Assembly (NCBI GenBank): GCA_005804965.1
Contig: SYOC01000311.1
Coordinates: 1 to 60,249 of the forward strand
Direction: 5' to 3'
DNA length: 60,249 nucleotides
Source of the DNA: Pseudomonadota bacterium
Lineage (GTDB): Bacteria; Desulfobacterota; Binatia; Bin18
Part shown: positions 26,898 through 35,904 of the stretch, piece by piece
Layout of the letters: each line of letters starts with the position of its first letter
Position numbering within the stretch: the first letter of the stretch is position 1
The notes under the pieces: generated by a model
Told to the model about the DNA's origin: nothing
Database searches by the model: none
What the model saw: only the letters and a program-made list of their open reading frames with translations
Position numbers and translations under genes: made by a program

Positions 26898-29210
26898 TCA
26901 GGATGCTTTGTCTCGCAAAAGCATGCGTTTCACCCGATCTTTCAAGGACAAGAGCCCCGGGAGCTTCCAATGAAGCGCGGCTTGGTAATAGGGCAGTGCT
27001 AGCCGACGCAAAGAGAAATAGGCCAAGGTGCGCCACGAGTCACTGTGTGGGTCAAGCAGATGCGGCGGCAGTAAGAAGCGCTCTTCACGTCCGGTGGAGC
27101 GCCAGAGTCCATCGGCGACTGTCCACAACCGCTGATACTCGATGGCTTGCGCCGCGCAGATTTGCCCAATTTCGCGACTTGGCGGGACGTGCGGGTGGGC
27201 CTCGTGCAGGCGGCGAAACTCGCGTAACAGCCCGTCCATGCGCTCGCCCATCTGTTCCAAACGGAACCCAGCTTCGATGCGCTGCCGTGCGGCGTGTCCC
27301 ATGCGTCGCAAGCGCTCCGGGTCACGCAACAGCGCAGCAAGCGTCTGCGCATACGCCTCAGCTTCAGCCGCTTCCTCACTGCGCGGCAGCAACACGCCGC
27401 ATTCCGGCGTCACCAGCTCGCGCTGTCCGCCAACATCTGCCCCGACCACCGGCACGGCGCAGGCCATAGCTTCATAGATCGACAGGGCAATGCCTTCCCA
27501 CTGCGAAGGCAAGAAGAACACATCGACAGCAGTCATGAGATCACGCACCCGCTCGCTGGATACCGCACCGAGCATATGCACAGTCGCCTGCAAACCATGG
27601 CTTTTCACAAAAGCACGCAGCCAGTCGCCATCAGGACCATCACCAGCAACCAGTGCCTGCAACGGAATACCACTACGCACAAGATGGAGCATCGTTTGCG
27701 CGAAAACTCGCGGCTGCTTCTGCTCGCACAAGCGTCCGGCGTAGAACACCACTGGCGTTTCGTTGGACAAATGCAGTTCGTGTCGCACCTGCGCACGCCG
27801 TTCAGCATCAGGTCGCCAGCGTTCGGGATCGGCATTGGTGTAGCAAGAGTGAATGCGCTGGGGATCGGCACCACGCGCTCCCATCCACCGCTTCAAATGC
27901 TCTGACGTTACGACGTTGCCGTCCAGCAAACTTTGATACTCATATGCGAAGCGCGGATGCCCGCCGTTTTTCCATTCTTCCTCTTCCATATGGCAGAGAT
28001 CGACAAAGGTCACATGCGGACAGTGCGCCCGCAAATACGGCAACAGCAAATAGCCCAACTCACTATTCGAGATCAACACCACGTCGACCTGGCGCGACTG
28101 AATCAGGTAGCGCAAGAAGCGCGGATAATCGACCAAGCGTAAAAAATGCTGGAGCACGAAGATGTCCGGCGTACGGCGGGCAAACGCTGGCAACCAGGAA
28201 TGATCGCCCTCTAACGTCGTAGCAATGGAAACCTCCCAGCCACGGCGGGTCAGTTGCCCCAGGAGGTCCAGATTAAATTTGTCCGCTCCGCCTAAGGTCA
28301 GCCAGGGGACGATCATCAACAGGCGAGGCGCCTCTTTCTGCAAGAGATTGTCGTAAGGTAATGTCGCAGGGACCGTATCGCAGGGCATGTGCCACCGTGG
28401 CTGAATCTGCGGAAATCCACCATTCCAGAGAGACGAATAACGTTGCCGGAGACTGGTAGAAAATGCGCGTTGTCGATCACCGTTATCCCAATTCGTCCAA
28501 CGGTCGCCATGGCGCGGGTGCCGCCGATACCAATCCAAGTACTCGGGTACGGTGCCACCCCAATATCCAGCATGAGCGCAACGCAACCAGAAATCCCAGT
28601 CTTCGAGTCCAGCCCGGTTTTCTTCTTCATAGCCCTGCACGGCGGCATGCACCGCCGTACGAATAGCACCGGTAGCAGCGATGAGGTTTTCTTCGAGAAA
28701 AGCGCCGCCATCGTGAAAACCACGCGTCCACAGATACTCTTGAGCGCCGAATCCCACAGTGAAACCTTTGACGAAAGAGAACTCCGGGTACGATTCGAGG
28801 AACCATACCCATTTCTCCACCGCCGTAGGCTCCAACAAATCGTCGCCATCGAGTTGCACCACATACGGGGCGCACGCCGCCCGAAACCCGGTATTGCGCG
28901 CTGCACTCAGTCCTTTGTTGACCTCGTGGTCGAGCACGCGAATACGGGGATCACAGTCACGATATACGTCCAGCAAGGCAAGTGACTCAGCATCGGTGGA
29001 GCCGTCGTTGACGATCAACCACTCCCATTGTTGCATCGACTGCTGGAGTACGGACTGTGCCGTTTCACGAAACACGGCTCCAGTATTATAGAAGGGCGTG
29101 ACAATCGTGACCGCCGGTGGTGTGGTTGGATCTGCTGGCGCGTATAAAAACGACGGACGCTGCGGATCTATTGGAGTATTGGTGTAATCCGGCTGGACAG
29201 GGTCAATCAT
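26898..29210 (-). CDS. Bifunctional glycosyltransferase (N-terminal GT2 + C-terminal GT4 domains)
   Basis: The GT2 part is VTIVTPFYNTGAVFRETAQSVLQQSMQQWEWLIVNDGSTD...QLDGDDL. The GT4 part is ...FLPSQWEGIALSIYEAMACAVPVVGADVGGQRELV. It is a paralogue of 29293..32145. Confidence 0.85.
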   Translation of the reverse strand: MIDPVQPDYTNTPIDPQRPSFLYAPADPTTPPAVTIVTPFYNTGAVFRETAQSVLQQSMQQWEWLIVNDGSTDAESLALLDVYRDCDPRIRVLDHEVNKGLSAARNTGFRAACAPYVVQLDGDDLLEPTAVEKWVWFLESYPEFSFVKGFTVGFGAQEYLWTRGFHDGGAFLEENLIAATGAIRTAVHAAVQGYEEENRAGLEDWDFWLRCAHAGYWGGTVPEYLDWYRRHPRHGDRWTNWDNGDRQRAFSTSLRQRYSSLWNGGFPQIQPRWHMPCDTVPATLPYDNLLQKEAPRLLMIVPWLTLGGADKFNLDLLGQLTRRGWEVSIATTLEGDHSWLPAFARRTPDIFVLQHFLRLVDYPRFLRYLIQSRQVDVVLISNSELGYLLLPYLRAHCPHVTFVDLCHMEEEEWKNGGHPRFAYEYQSLLDGNVVTSEHLKRWMGARGADPQRIHSCYTNADPERWRPDAERRAQVRHELHLSNETPVVFYAGRLCEQKQPRVFAQTMLHLVRSGIPLQALVAGDGPDGDWLRAFVKSHGLQATVHMLGAVSSERVRDLMTAVDVFFLPSQWEGIALSIYEAMACAVPVVGADVGGQRELVTPECGVLLPRSEEAAEAEAYAQTLAALLRDPERLRRMGHAARQRIEAGFRLEQMGERMDGLLREFRRLHEAHPHVPPSREIGQICAAQAIEYQRLWTVADGLWRSTGREERFLLPPHLLDPHSDSWRTLAYFSLRRLALPYYQAALHWKLPGLLSLKDRVKRMLLRDKAS

Positions 29211-29243
29211 GTGATTTCTTTCGGTGGCTTTCAGTAGCTATAC

Positions 29244-29270
29244 GGCACTGCTGGACCAGCCAGCAGTGCC
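29244..29270 (-). other. Strong intercistronic hairpin (11-bp stem, 5-nt loop)
   Basis: ggcactgctgg-accag-ccagcagtgcc lies between the two paralogous GT genes. No U-tract follows it on the transcribed strand. Confidence 0.4.
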
Positions 29271-29292
29271 GCCCAATAGCCAAATCGGCAAA

Positions 29293-32145
29293 TTATTTCT
29301 CAACGAGGCCGAAGCGTTTTCCGAGCCGCCCCCAGAGGCTTTGCCGGTAGCGAGCTGCCTCAGCTTGCCAGTAATCTTGTTGCGCCTCCGCGCGTATCAG
29401 CGATTGTTCTAACTGGCGCATCATGAGTTGTTGCTCGTGGAGCGTACGTTCTCGTTCCTCCACAGCAGCACGCCAGCGCTGGACTTGTTCCTCCAACCAC
29501 GCCTTGCCGCGTTCAAGTTCGCTCGCCCAGGTCTGTTGTTCATGGAGCAGGCACTCGCGTTCTACGGCTGCGGCTCGCCAGTTCTGCGCCTGCTCTTCCA
29601 GCCACGCCTTGCCCCGCTCTAACTCGTGCGTCCACGCTCGTTGCTCCCGTAGCAAACGCTCCCGTTCCTCAGCGGCAGCACGCCAGCTCTGCACCTGTTC
29701 TTCCCACCACACCTTGCTCTGCTCCAGCTCACCAACCCACTGCTGTTGCTCGTGCAAGAGTCGCTCGCGTTCCTCGGCGGCAGTGCGCCAATTCTGCACC
29801 TGTTCTTCCAGCCACGTCCGACCGTGTTCCAACTCGCCAATCCAGGCTTGTTGTTCCCGTAGCAAACCCTCCCGCACCTCGGCGGCAGTGCGCCAATTCT
29901 GCACCTGTTCTTCCAGCCACGTCCGACCGTGTTCCAACTCGCCAATCCAGGCATACAAGGTCTGCGAGAAGTCGTGGCGGTCCTGCGGACGAGCCTGTTG
30001 TTCCGGCAGCGCACGCTCTCGCTGGAGATGTTCGCTCCACAGTCCGTCTGCAGCTTCGGCAAGGCGAGTGTACTCGATGGCGCGCGCGGCACAGAGGAGC
30101 GCCACCCCGCGACTCGGCAGTGGACGCAAGGCTTCAGTTCGCAACCGCGTTGCTTCATGGAGCGCTTCCACCAAACGGTCTCCCATTTGCTCCAAACGAA
30201 AATGTTCCTCAATCCTCCGGCGGCTTGCCACCCCCATCGCTTGGCAGCGTGATTGATCTTGTACCAGATCGCTCAAAGCAGCCACGTACGCGAAGGCTTC
30301 AGTTTCTTCGTCGCTCTTGGCGATGAGTATCCCACACTCGGGAGTGACCAGCTCGCGTTGCCCACCAACGTCGGTACCGACAATTGGCACCCCGCAGGCC
30401 ATGGCCTCATAAACAGCAAGGGCAATGCCTTCCCACTTCGAGGGTAAAAAGAAAATGTCGGCGGCCGCAAGGAGTTCACGCACTTGCGCATTGGGCAAGG
30501 CTCCCAATAGTCGCAGTCGGTCGCCGAGCCCTTCTTGCCGTATGAAGGCTTCTACCCCTTCCCGCTCCGCGCCATCGCCGACCACCAACGATAAGAAAGG
30601 CGTTTGCCGTTGAGCAAGTTGCCGCACGGTCTGCGCCAGCATGGCCGGCGCTTTCTCGGCATCAAGGCGGCTGACAGACAGGATGACGGGAGTTTCCTCA
30701 TGCACTCCCAACCTCTGCCGCACGACGTAGCGTTGCTGCGGATCGGGACGCCAGTCGTTCGCATCAATGTTGATGTGACAGACACGAATGCGGCTCTGGT
30801 CAGCACCCCGCTGCACCATCCACTCACGCAAATGTGCGGAAGCAACAAGATTGAGGTCGAGCAACTCTTGATGTTCCACCGCCATGCGCGGATAGCCGCC
30901 ATTTTTCCAGTTCTCGGCCTCGGCATGACAGAAATCGAGAAAGGCCACCTCCGGGCACGCTGCCCGGAGATAAGGAAGCAGTTGATATCCCAACTCGCTA
31001 TGCGACACCATGACTACATCAATGCTGCGAGACACGATGAGGTAACGCAGGAAGCGGGGATAATCCGTCAGCCGCAGAAAGTGCGGTAGCACAAAAATAT
31101 CCGGCGTCACGCGTGCGAATTGCGGAAGCCACGGTTGCTCGCCTCTCAAGGTCGTGGCGATTGTCACCTCCCAGCCGCGCTCGCTCAGTTGACTGATCGC
31201 ATTCAAGTTAAACTTGTCGGCACCACCGATCGCCAACCACGGAGCGATGAGCAAGAGCCGAGGCCGGTCTTTACGCAGACGGTTGGCGCACGGCAAAACC
31301 TCCGACACTGAATCGTTCGGCATGTGCCAGCGCGGCTGAATACGTGGAAATTCTCCTTCCCACAAACTCGGGTAGCGCCGCCGTAGTTGTTCACGAAAGG
31401 CTTGCCATTGCCCAGTCTCGTCTAGGTTGGCCCAACGGTCGCTGTGTGTTTGCCGGCAGCGATACCAAACGAGATATTCGGGCACCGAGGCACCCCAATA
31501 ACCCAAACTGGCACAGCGCAGCCAGAAGTCCCAGTCTTCTCCGCCAGCACTAATGGTCTCGTCATAACCGCCAACTTCTCGATGGACAGCAACACGCACC
31601 ATGCACTTATTGTCGATGACGTTTTGCTGCAGAGCAGTGACGCCATCGTGGAAACCGCGTGGCCACAGATATTCCCTGCCTTCAAAACCAACGGAATAGG
31701 AACCAGCAAAAGCGAACTCGGGATAACTCTCAAGAAACCAAAACCACTTTTCTACGGTAGTGGGCTCGAGCAAGTCATCGCTGTCGAGCTGCACGACGTA
31801 GGGCGTGCGGGCAGCAGCGAACCCGGTGTTACGCGCAGCACTCAAGCCTTTATTGACGTTGTGGTCGATCACGCGAATGCGTGGATCGCCCGAGCGATAG
31901 GGTTCCAGCAGCGCTAACGCCTCCGGGTCGCTAGAGCCATCGTTGACAATCAGCCACTCCCACTGTTGGAAGGATTGCTGCAGAACGGAACGTGCCGTTT
32001 CCAGAAACACGGCTCCGGTGTTATAGAAAGGCGTGACGATCGTCACTGCTGGTGGCACATCGCTTGCCAGTGGGGCATGCAGAAACAACGGACGCTGCGC
32101 ACTGGCTGGAGTATTCGTATAGTCTGGGCGTTCGGGGTCGATCAT
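29293..32145 (-). CDS. Bifunctional glycosyltransferase (GT2 + GT4) with a C-terminal coiled coil of five tandem 35-aa units
   Basis: ORF 29293..32211. The likely start is ATG 32145 (MIDPERPDYTNTP, parallel to the paralogue's MIDPVQPDYTNTP), which forms an ATGA overlap with the upstream gene. GT2 and GT4 motifs are as in the paralogue. The C-terminus is (EQQAWIGELEHGRTWLEEQVQNWRTAAEVREGLLR)x5, diverging between units. Confidence 0.85.
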   Translation of the reverse strand: MIDPERPDYTNTPASAQRPLFLHAPLASDVPPAVTIVTPFYNTGAVFLETARSVLQQSFQQWEWLIVNDGSSDPEALALLEPYRSGDPRIRVIDHNVNKGLSAARNTGFAAARTPYVVQLDSDDLLEPTTVEKWFWFLESYPEFAFAGSYSVGFEGREYLWPRGFHDGVTALQQNVIDNKCMVRVAVHREVGGYDETISAGGEDWDFWLRCASLGYWGASVPEYLVWYRCRQTHSDRWANLDETGQWQAFREQLRRRYPSLWEGEFPRIQPRWHMPNDSVSEVLPCANRLRKDRPRLLLIAPWLAIGGADKFNLNAISQLSERGWEVTIATTLRGEQPWLPQFARVTPDIFVLPHFLRLTDYPRFLRYLIVSRSIDVVMVSHSELGYQLLPYLRAACPEVAFLDFCHAEAENWKNGGYPRMAVEHQELLDLNLVASAHLREWMVQRGADQSRIRVCHINIDANDWRPDPQQRYVVRQRLGVHEETPVILSVSRLDAEKAPAMLAQTVRQLAQRQTPFLSLVVGDGAEREGVEAFIRQEGLGDRLRLLGALPNAQVRELLAAADIFFLPSKWEGIALAVYEAMACGVPIVGTDVGGQRELVTPECGILIAKSDEETEAFAYVAALSDLVQDQSRCQAMGVASRRRIEEHFRLEQMGDRLVEALHEATRLRTEALRPLPSRGVALLCAARAIEYTRLAEAADGLWSEHLQRERALPEQQARPQDRHDFSQTLYAWIGELEHGRTWLEEQVQNWRTAAEVREGLLREQQAWIGELEHGRTWLEEQVQNWRTAAEERERLLHEQQQWVGELEQSKVWWEEQVQSWRAAAEERERLLREQRAWTHELERGKAWLEEQAQNWRAAAVERECLLHEQQTWASELERGKAWLEEQVQRWRAAVEERERTLHEQQLMMRQLEQSLIRAEAQQDYWQAEAARYRQSLWGRLGKRFGLVEK
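29437..29961 (-). repeat. In-frame tandem repeat, 5 x 105 bp (35-aa heptad-compatible units)
   Basis: There is a perfect 76-nt direct repeat at 105-nt offset (29772-29847 = 29877-29952). The three further units are progressively diverged. Confidence 0.85.
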
Positions 32146-33449
32146 AGGTCGGTCTTCTGCTCCGGCTCGGAAGGCACGAAAGTTCCCAAGCGGTTTCCCA
32201 ATTTGCCCCATGCGCTGGCACGGTAACGCTCGGCCTCAGCTTGCCACGCACGTCGGCGCTCATCGCTTCGAGCTAGGTTACGCTCCAAAGTTGCAACGCG
32301 TTCACGCTGATTGCTCAAGATCTCTTCTCGTTCGGCAACCGCATGCTGCTCATGTTCCAGTTGCTGCACTGCCCGGCGGTGTTCTTGCGTCAAGTGGTCA
32401 TGCTCCTGTGTCAAGCGACGATGTTCCTGCGCTACACTCTCGGCACGCTCGCCGCGCTCTTCTGCCGTCGTCTGCCAGTGGCGCATTTGTTCCTCAATCC
32501 ACGCTTTCCCCTGCTCCAGCGTCTCCGCCCAACGGCCTCGTTCTTCCGCTGAGCTGCGCCAATTTTCGACTTGTTGTTCGAGCCACAGCTTGTACTGTTC
32601 GAGCTCCTCAATCCGCGCCCTCGCCTTCTGGAGTGCAAAGGCAGCGTCCGTGATGATCCCACCTTCTTCCGACTGCGGCTGCTTGGCCCGATAGAAATCG
32701 AGTGCCCGCTGACGCGCAAGCGCACATTCTTCTTCTCCGCGCCCGAAGCGAAAGAGATGTGAGGCATTCTTCTCGTGCCATCGATAGCGCACCAAGGGTT
32801 GAGCCAGAAAACCCACACGGTTTCCCACACTCAACTTCATCCACATCTCGTAGTCGCACGCATACCCAAGGTCTTCATCGAATCCACCCAGTGCCAGCAA
32901 AGCCTCGCGTCGCGTCACCACCGTCGGGGCACAGATACAGTTCTCATCGAAGAGCAGCTTGCGGAAATAGCGCAGACCGGCAACGACAAAATCCTCCGAC
33001 GCACTCTCCACCCACGTGCGCGGAGTCGTGGGGGCCGTACCATCGCGCACCAGATCAATGGCAGAATGCACGAATCCGATATCGCTCGCATGCGCTAGGA
33101 GTTGGACTTTGTGCGCCAGATTATCCGGCAGCATCACGTCGTCTTGATGAAAAATGGTGAGGAACTCTCCCTGCGCCAAGGCCACGCAGCGATTCCAATT
33201 TCCTGGGATGCCTAACCGGCGTTCGTTCTGATGGACATGGAGTCGGGGATCGGTGAACGAGTGAAGAATCTCCAGCGTGCCATCGCTCGACCCATCATCG
33301 ACCACCACCAATTCGAAATCGGGAAACGACTGCGCCAACACGCTCGTGAGCGCCTCGGCGACAAAAGTCGCGCCGTTATAGGTCGGGATACACACGCTGA
33401 CACGCGCTGGCCGAGTCACGCTGGTTTGTTCTCCGTCCCCGACAGCCAT
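32142..33449 (-). CDS. Glycosyltransferase family 2 with a C-terminal coiled-coil domain
   Basis: VSVCIPTYNGATFVAEALTSVLAQSFPDFELVVVDDGSSDGT...FHQDD. The C-terminal ~170 aa are coiled coil, with LEQ(Y/G)K(L/A)W(L/I)E.Q...W...AEERG x2. An alternative start at GTG 33419 would give a GTGA overlap with the upstream stop. Confidence 0.85.
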   Translation of the reverse strand: MAVGDGEQTSVTRPARVSVCIPTYNGATFVAEALTSVLAQSFPDFELVVVDDGSSDGTLEILHSFTDPRLHVHQNERRLGIPGNWNRCVALAQGEFLTIFHQDDVMLPDNLAHKVQLLAHASDIGFVHSAIDLVRDGTAPTTPRTWVESASEDFVVAGLRYFRKLLFDENCICAPTVVTRREALLALGGFDEDLGYACDYEMWMKLSVGNRVGFLAQPLVRYRWHEKNASHLFRFGRGEEECALARQRALDFYRAKQPQSEEGGIITDAAFALQKARARIEELEQYKLWLEQQVENWRSSAEERGRWAETLEQGKAWIEEQMRHWQTTAEERGERAESVAQEHRRLTQEHDHLTQEHRRAVQQLEHEQHAVAEREEILSNQRERVATLERNLARSDERRRAWQAEAERYRASAWGKLGNRLGTFVPSEPEQKTDL

Positions 33450-34903
33450 CGCATCAGCGGTCGGACAAATTTGTGCGTGAGCGTGCGCAGGCAGGTCTCA
33501 TAGCCACGATACAACTTCCACGTCGTCGAAGCGTAAATCGCATTCAGGCGGGCCTCTCGTTCGCGCAACGTCTGCGAGGTGGCTCGTAACTCATCGTGCT
33601 GGCGCTCGTTCTGTCGCTGCAAAGCCAGGAGTTCATGGTGTTGCGCTACCAAGCGCTGGGGAAGCGTCGCGCCGACACCCGGAGTCGTACACAGTTCATT
33701 GTAGACGGTCTCGATATCGTCGGCATACTCGGCCACGGTTTTGACGGTAGGAGGTCGGCTTTGCAGTTGCACGTATAACTCCGGCTGTTCAAGCAATCGC
33801 GACAAACACCGGCGAAGCTCATCCGTGTTTTCTGGCTCGAATAGCAATCCATTCTCGCCGTCGACCACAGCTTCTGTCAGGGCACCGCGTCGTGCGGCCA
33901 CCACCGGCACACCAGCGAGCAGAGCCTCACGGGTCATGAGTGAAAACGTTTCCTCACAGACGCCGGGCATGACCAACACGTCATGTTGCGCCAAGACTGT
34001 GCCAAGGTCTTCGTGGTCGTACACCCCGCGAAAATGGACCGGAAGCCCAGCCGCAAGTGTAGCGAGGCGGTCAGCATACCACTGCCATCCCGACAGGGCC
34101 ATGCCGTAGAACGACGCCTCGAAGGCGTTGGTCGACAAACCACGCAACGCTTCTAACAAAACATGCGCTCCTTTATGGGGAATGAGGACGCCAACATATA
34201 GGATGCGCAAAGGACGACTGCCATCGTAGAGCACTCGACTTGGCACGACCGGGCGCGGCACCCCGAGCGGCACGGTGCGCAACCGTGGCCCGAGATCTGG
34301 CATGTACTCCAACATGCGCTGCTGCAAAAATCGCGAGGGCACAAGCACAACGTCCGGAGCGTGCAGAGCTTGCTCCATGAACGGGAAGCGATGACGCGCG
34401 GTCTCCGCCGGGACATGTTCTTGCAGGCAGGGCACGCAACGCTCGCCGCGTTCGGGTCCAGCACACAAGCGCTGTTGATCGTCGACCAAGTGGATACGAT
34501 GACACACAAAATAGAAGTCGTGCAGGCTCAACACCGTCGGATAGCCCAGTGCTGTGGCCAGGGGGATCAAGTTCACGGACAGATGCGCGACGTGTTGGAA
34601 GTGTACAACATCCGGACGCAGCCGTTCCAACACTTGCACGAACACGTCGTCGAAAAACGGGTTATCGTAGGTCAATCGCGACGTCGTCGTTTTCGTATAA
34701 TTGTTGACGACAGCGACGATGGGCAGACCGTAGCGTCGCTCTTCGCGTACCGACAATTCTTCGGCAGCCGGGTCGGCAACGCGCAACAGAATCGTCACCT
34801 CGTGGCCGCGCGCCTGTAGGGTCTGCGACAGATGCAAGGTGACAAGTTCTGTTCCGGCCCACGCTTCGGGGGGAAATTCATGCACGACTTGGAGAATGCG
34901 CAT
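33416..34903 (-). CDS. Glycosyltransferase family 4 with a short C-terminal coiled coil
   Basis: ORF 33416..35107 trimmed to ATG 34903 (MRILQVVHEFPPEAWAGTELVTLHLSQTLQARGHEV). It has ...MPGVCEETFSLMTREALLAGVPVV. The C-terminus is LVAQHHELLALQRQNERQHDELRATSQTLREREARL. Confidence 0.85.
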   Translation of the reverse strand: MRILQVVHEFPPEAWAGTELVTLHLSQTLQARGHEVTILLRVADPAAEELSVREERRYGLPIVAVVNNYTKTTTSRLTYDNPFFDDVFVQVLERLRPDVVHFQHVAHLSVNLIPLATALGYPTVLSLHDFYFVCHRIHLVDDQQRLCAGPERGERCVPCLQEHVPAETARHRFPFMEQALHAPDVVLVPSRFLQQRMLEYMPDLGPRLRTVPLGVPRPVVPSRVLYDGSRPLRILYVGVLIPHKGAHVLLEALRGLSTNAFEASFYGMALSGWQWYADRLATLAAGLPVHFRGVYDHEDLGTVLAQHDVLVMPGVCEETFSLMTREALLAGVPVVAARRGALTEAVVDGENGLLFEPENTDELRRCLSRLLEQPELYVQLQSRPPTVKTVAEYADDIETVYNELCTTPGVGATLPQRLVAQHHELLALQRQNERQHDELRATSQTLREREARLNAIYASTTWKLYRGYETCLRTLTHKFVRPLMRWLSGTENKPA

Positions 34904-34932
34904 TGCTTCGTTCTCGGGCTTCGATCCTCTTT

Positions 34933-35904
34933 TTACTGCCGCTTGATGTGTTCTTGTAGCGATAGGAACCGACAGACACCATATGGCAGCCGATCCGCCC
35001 GTTCTCCAAGCCACACACCAAGATTCGCCGCCAAGTGCCAACTCACCGCTGCGACGCCCCATTCTGCCGCCACCCGCGCTCGGCCCGAGCCAGTCGCCCA
35101 ACGCCAAAACGAGAGATCACGCCGTGCCGCACTCACAGCCAAAGGCAAGCAAGAGCGCAAGGTCCGTTGACGCGCTAACACCATCTTTTGAGAGAGCGCC
35201 CAGAAATGGTCGAAGTGACGGCGCAAATTGGGCCACGGTCCGTAGCTGTGCGAATGATACACCAGCGAATCTGCGCAATACGCGGTGCGATACCCAGCTT
35301 CGAGCACCTGCTGCGCCCACAGTTGGTCCTCGCCAAACTCGACCACCGGAAAAGGCCACTGCTCCCAAGTCGTGCGACGGAGGACGGAACTGACGTTGGC
35401 GAAAAAATAATACAGCCCAGGATTCTGGGCATACGCAGGGTTGTCGTGCATACGATTGATGCGCGACTCTGGCTGTCCGGACAATTCTTCCTGCACGATA
35501 CGTCGCCACTCCATCGGATGGCAGTGCGAGCGCGGCAGGTGGCGGCTGAAAGCCCCGACGACGAGATCATCAACCAGCAGCGGAGCAACAAGATGATGCA
35601 GCCACTGCTCGTTGGCTGGCGTCGCATCTTGCGTCAAGAAGACCAGGACATCGCCTTGCGCTTGTGCCGCAGCCAAGTTGCGGGTTTTCCCGTGGCCGAA
35701 CTCGTGCGGCGGAATGCGTATGATCTTCACTTCGTGGCGCTGCAGGATGTCCAACGTGCGATCACGCGAGCCTGAGTCAACCGCGATAATCTCCACGACC
35801 GCGACTGGCCCGGTTTGCGCTTTCACAGATACGAGCAATTCGTCGAGGTAGCGCTCGCCATTTTTCGTCACTAGAAGAATTGAGGCATGTACTTGGCCAC
35901 TCAC
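34933..35904 (-). CDS. Glycosyltransferase family 2
   Basis: ORF 34933..36009. The probable start is GTG 35904, giving a GTGA overlap with the upstream stop. HASILLVTKNGERYLDELLVSVKAQ...IIAVDSGSRDRT...FLTQDA. Confidence 0.8.
   Translation of the reverse strand: MSGQVHASILLVTKNGERYLDELLVSVKAQTGPVAVVEIIAVDSGSRDRTLDILQRHEVKIIRIPPHEFGHGKTRNLAAAQAQGDVLVFLTQDATPANEQWLHHLVAPLLVDDLVVGAFSRHLPRSHCHPMEWRRIVQEELSGQPESRINRMHDNPAYAQNPGLYYFFANVSSVLRRTTWEQWPFPVVEFGEDQLWAQQVLEAGYRTAYCADSLVYHSHSYGPWPNLRRHFDHFWALSQKMVLARQRTLRSCLPLAVSAARRDLSFWRWATGSGRARVAAEWGVAAVSWHLAANLGVWLGERADRLPYGVCRFLSLQEHIKRQ

Noticed and set aside
29423-30256. A 277-aa plus-strand ORF with repeated 'CSSSHALPRS...' segments. I also considered whether the periodic DNA could be a CRISPR array.
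   Set aside because: It is the antisense image of the 105-bp coding repeat. The units are contiguous with no spacers, are 105 bp long, and are in frame with the glycosyltransferase as heptad-patterned protein sequence.
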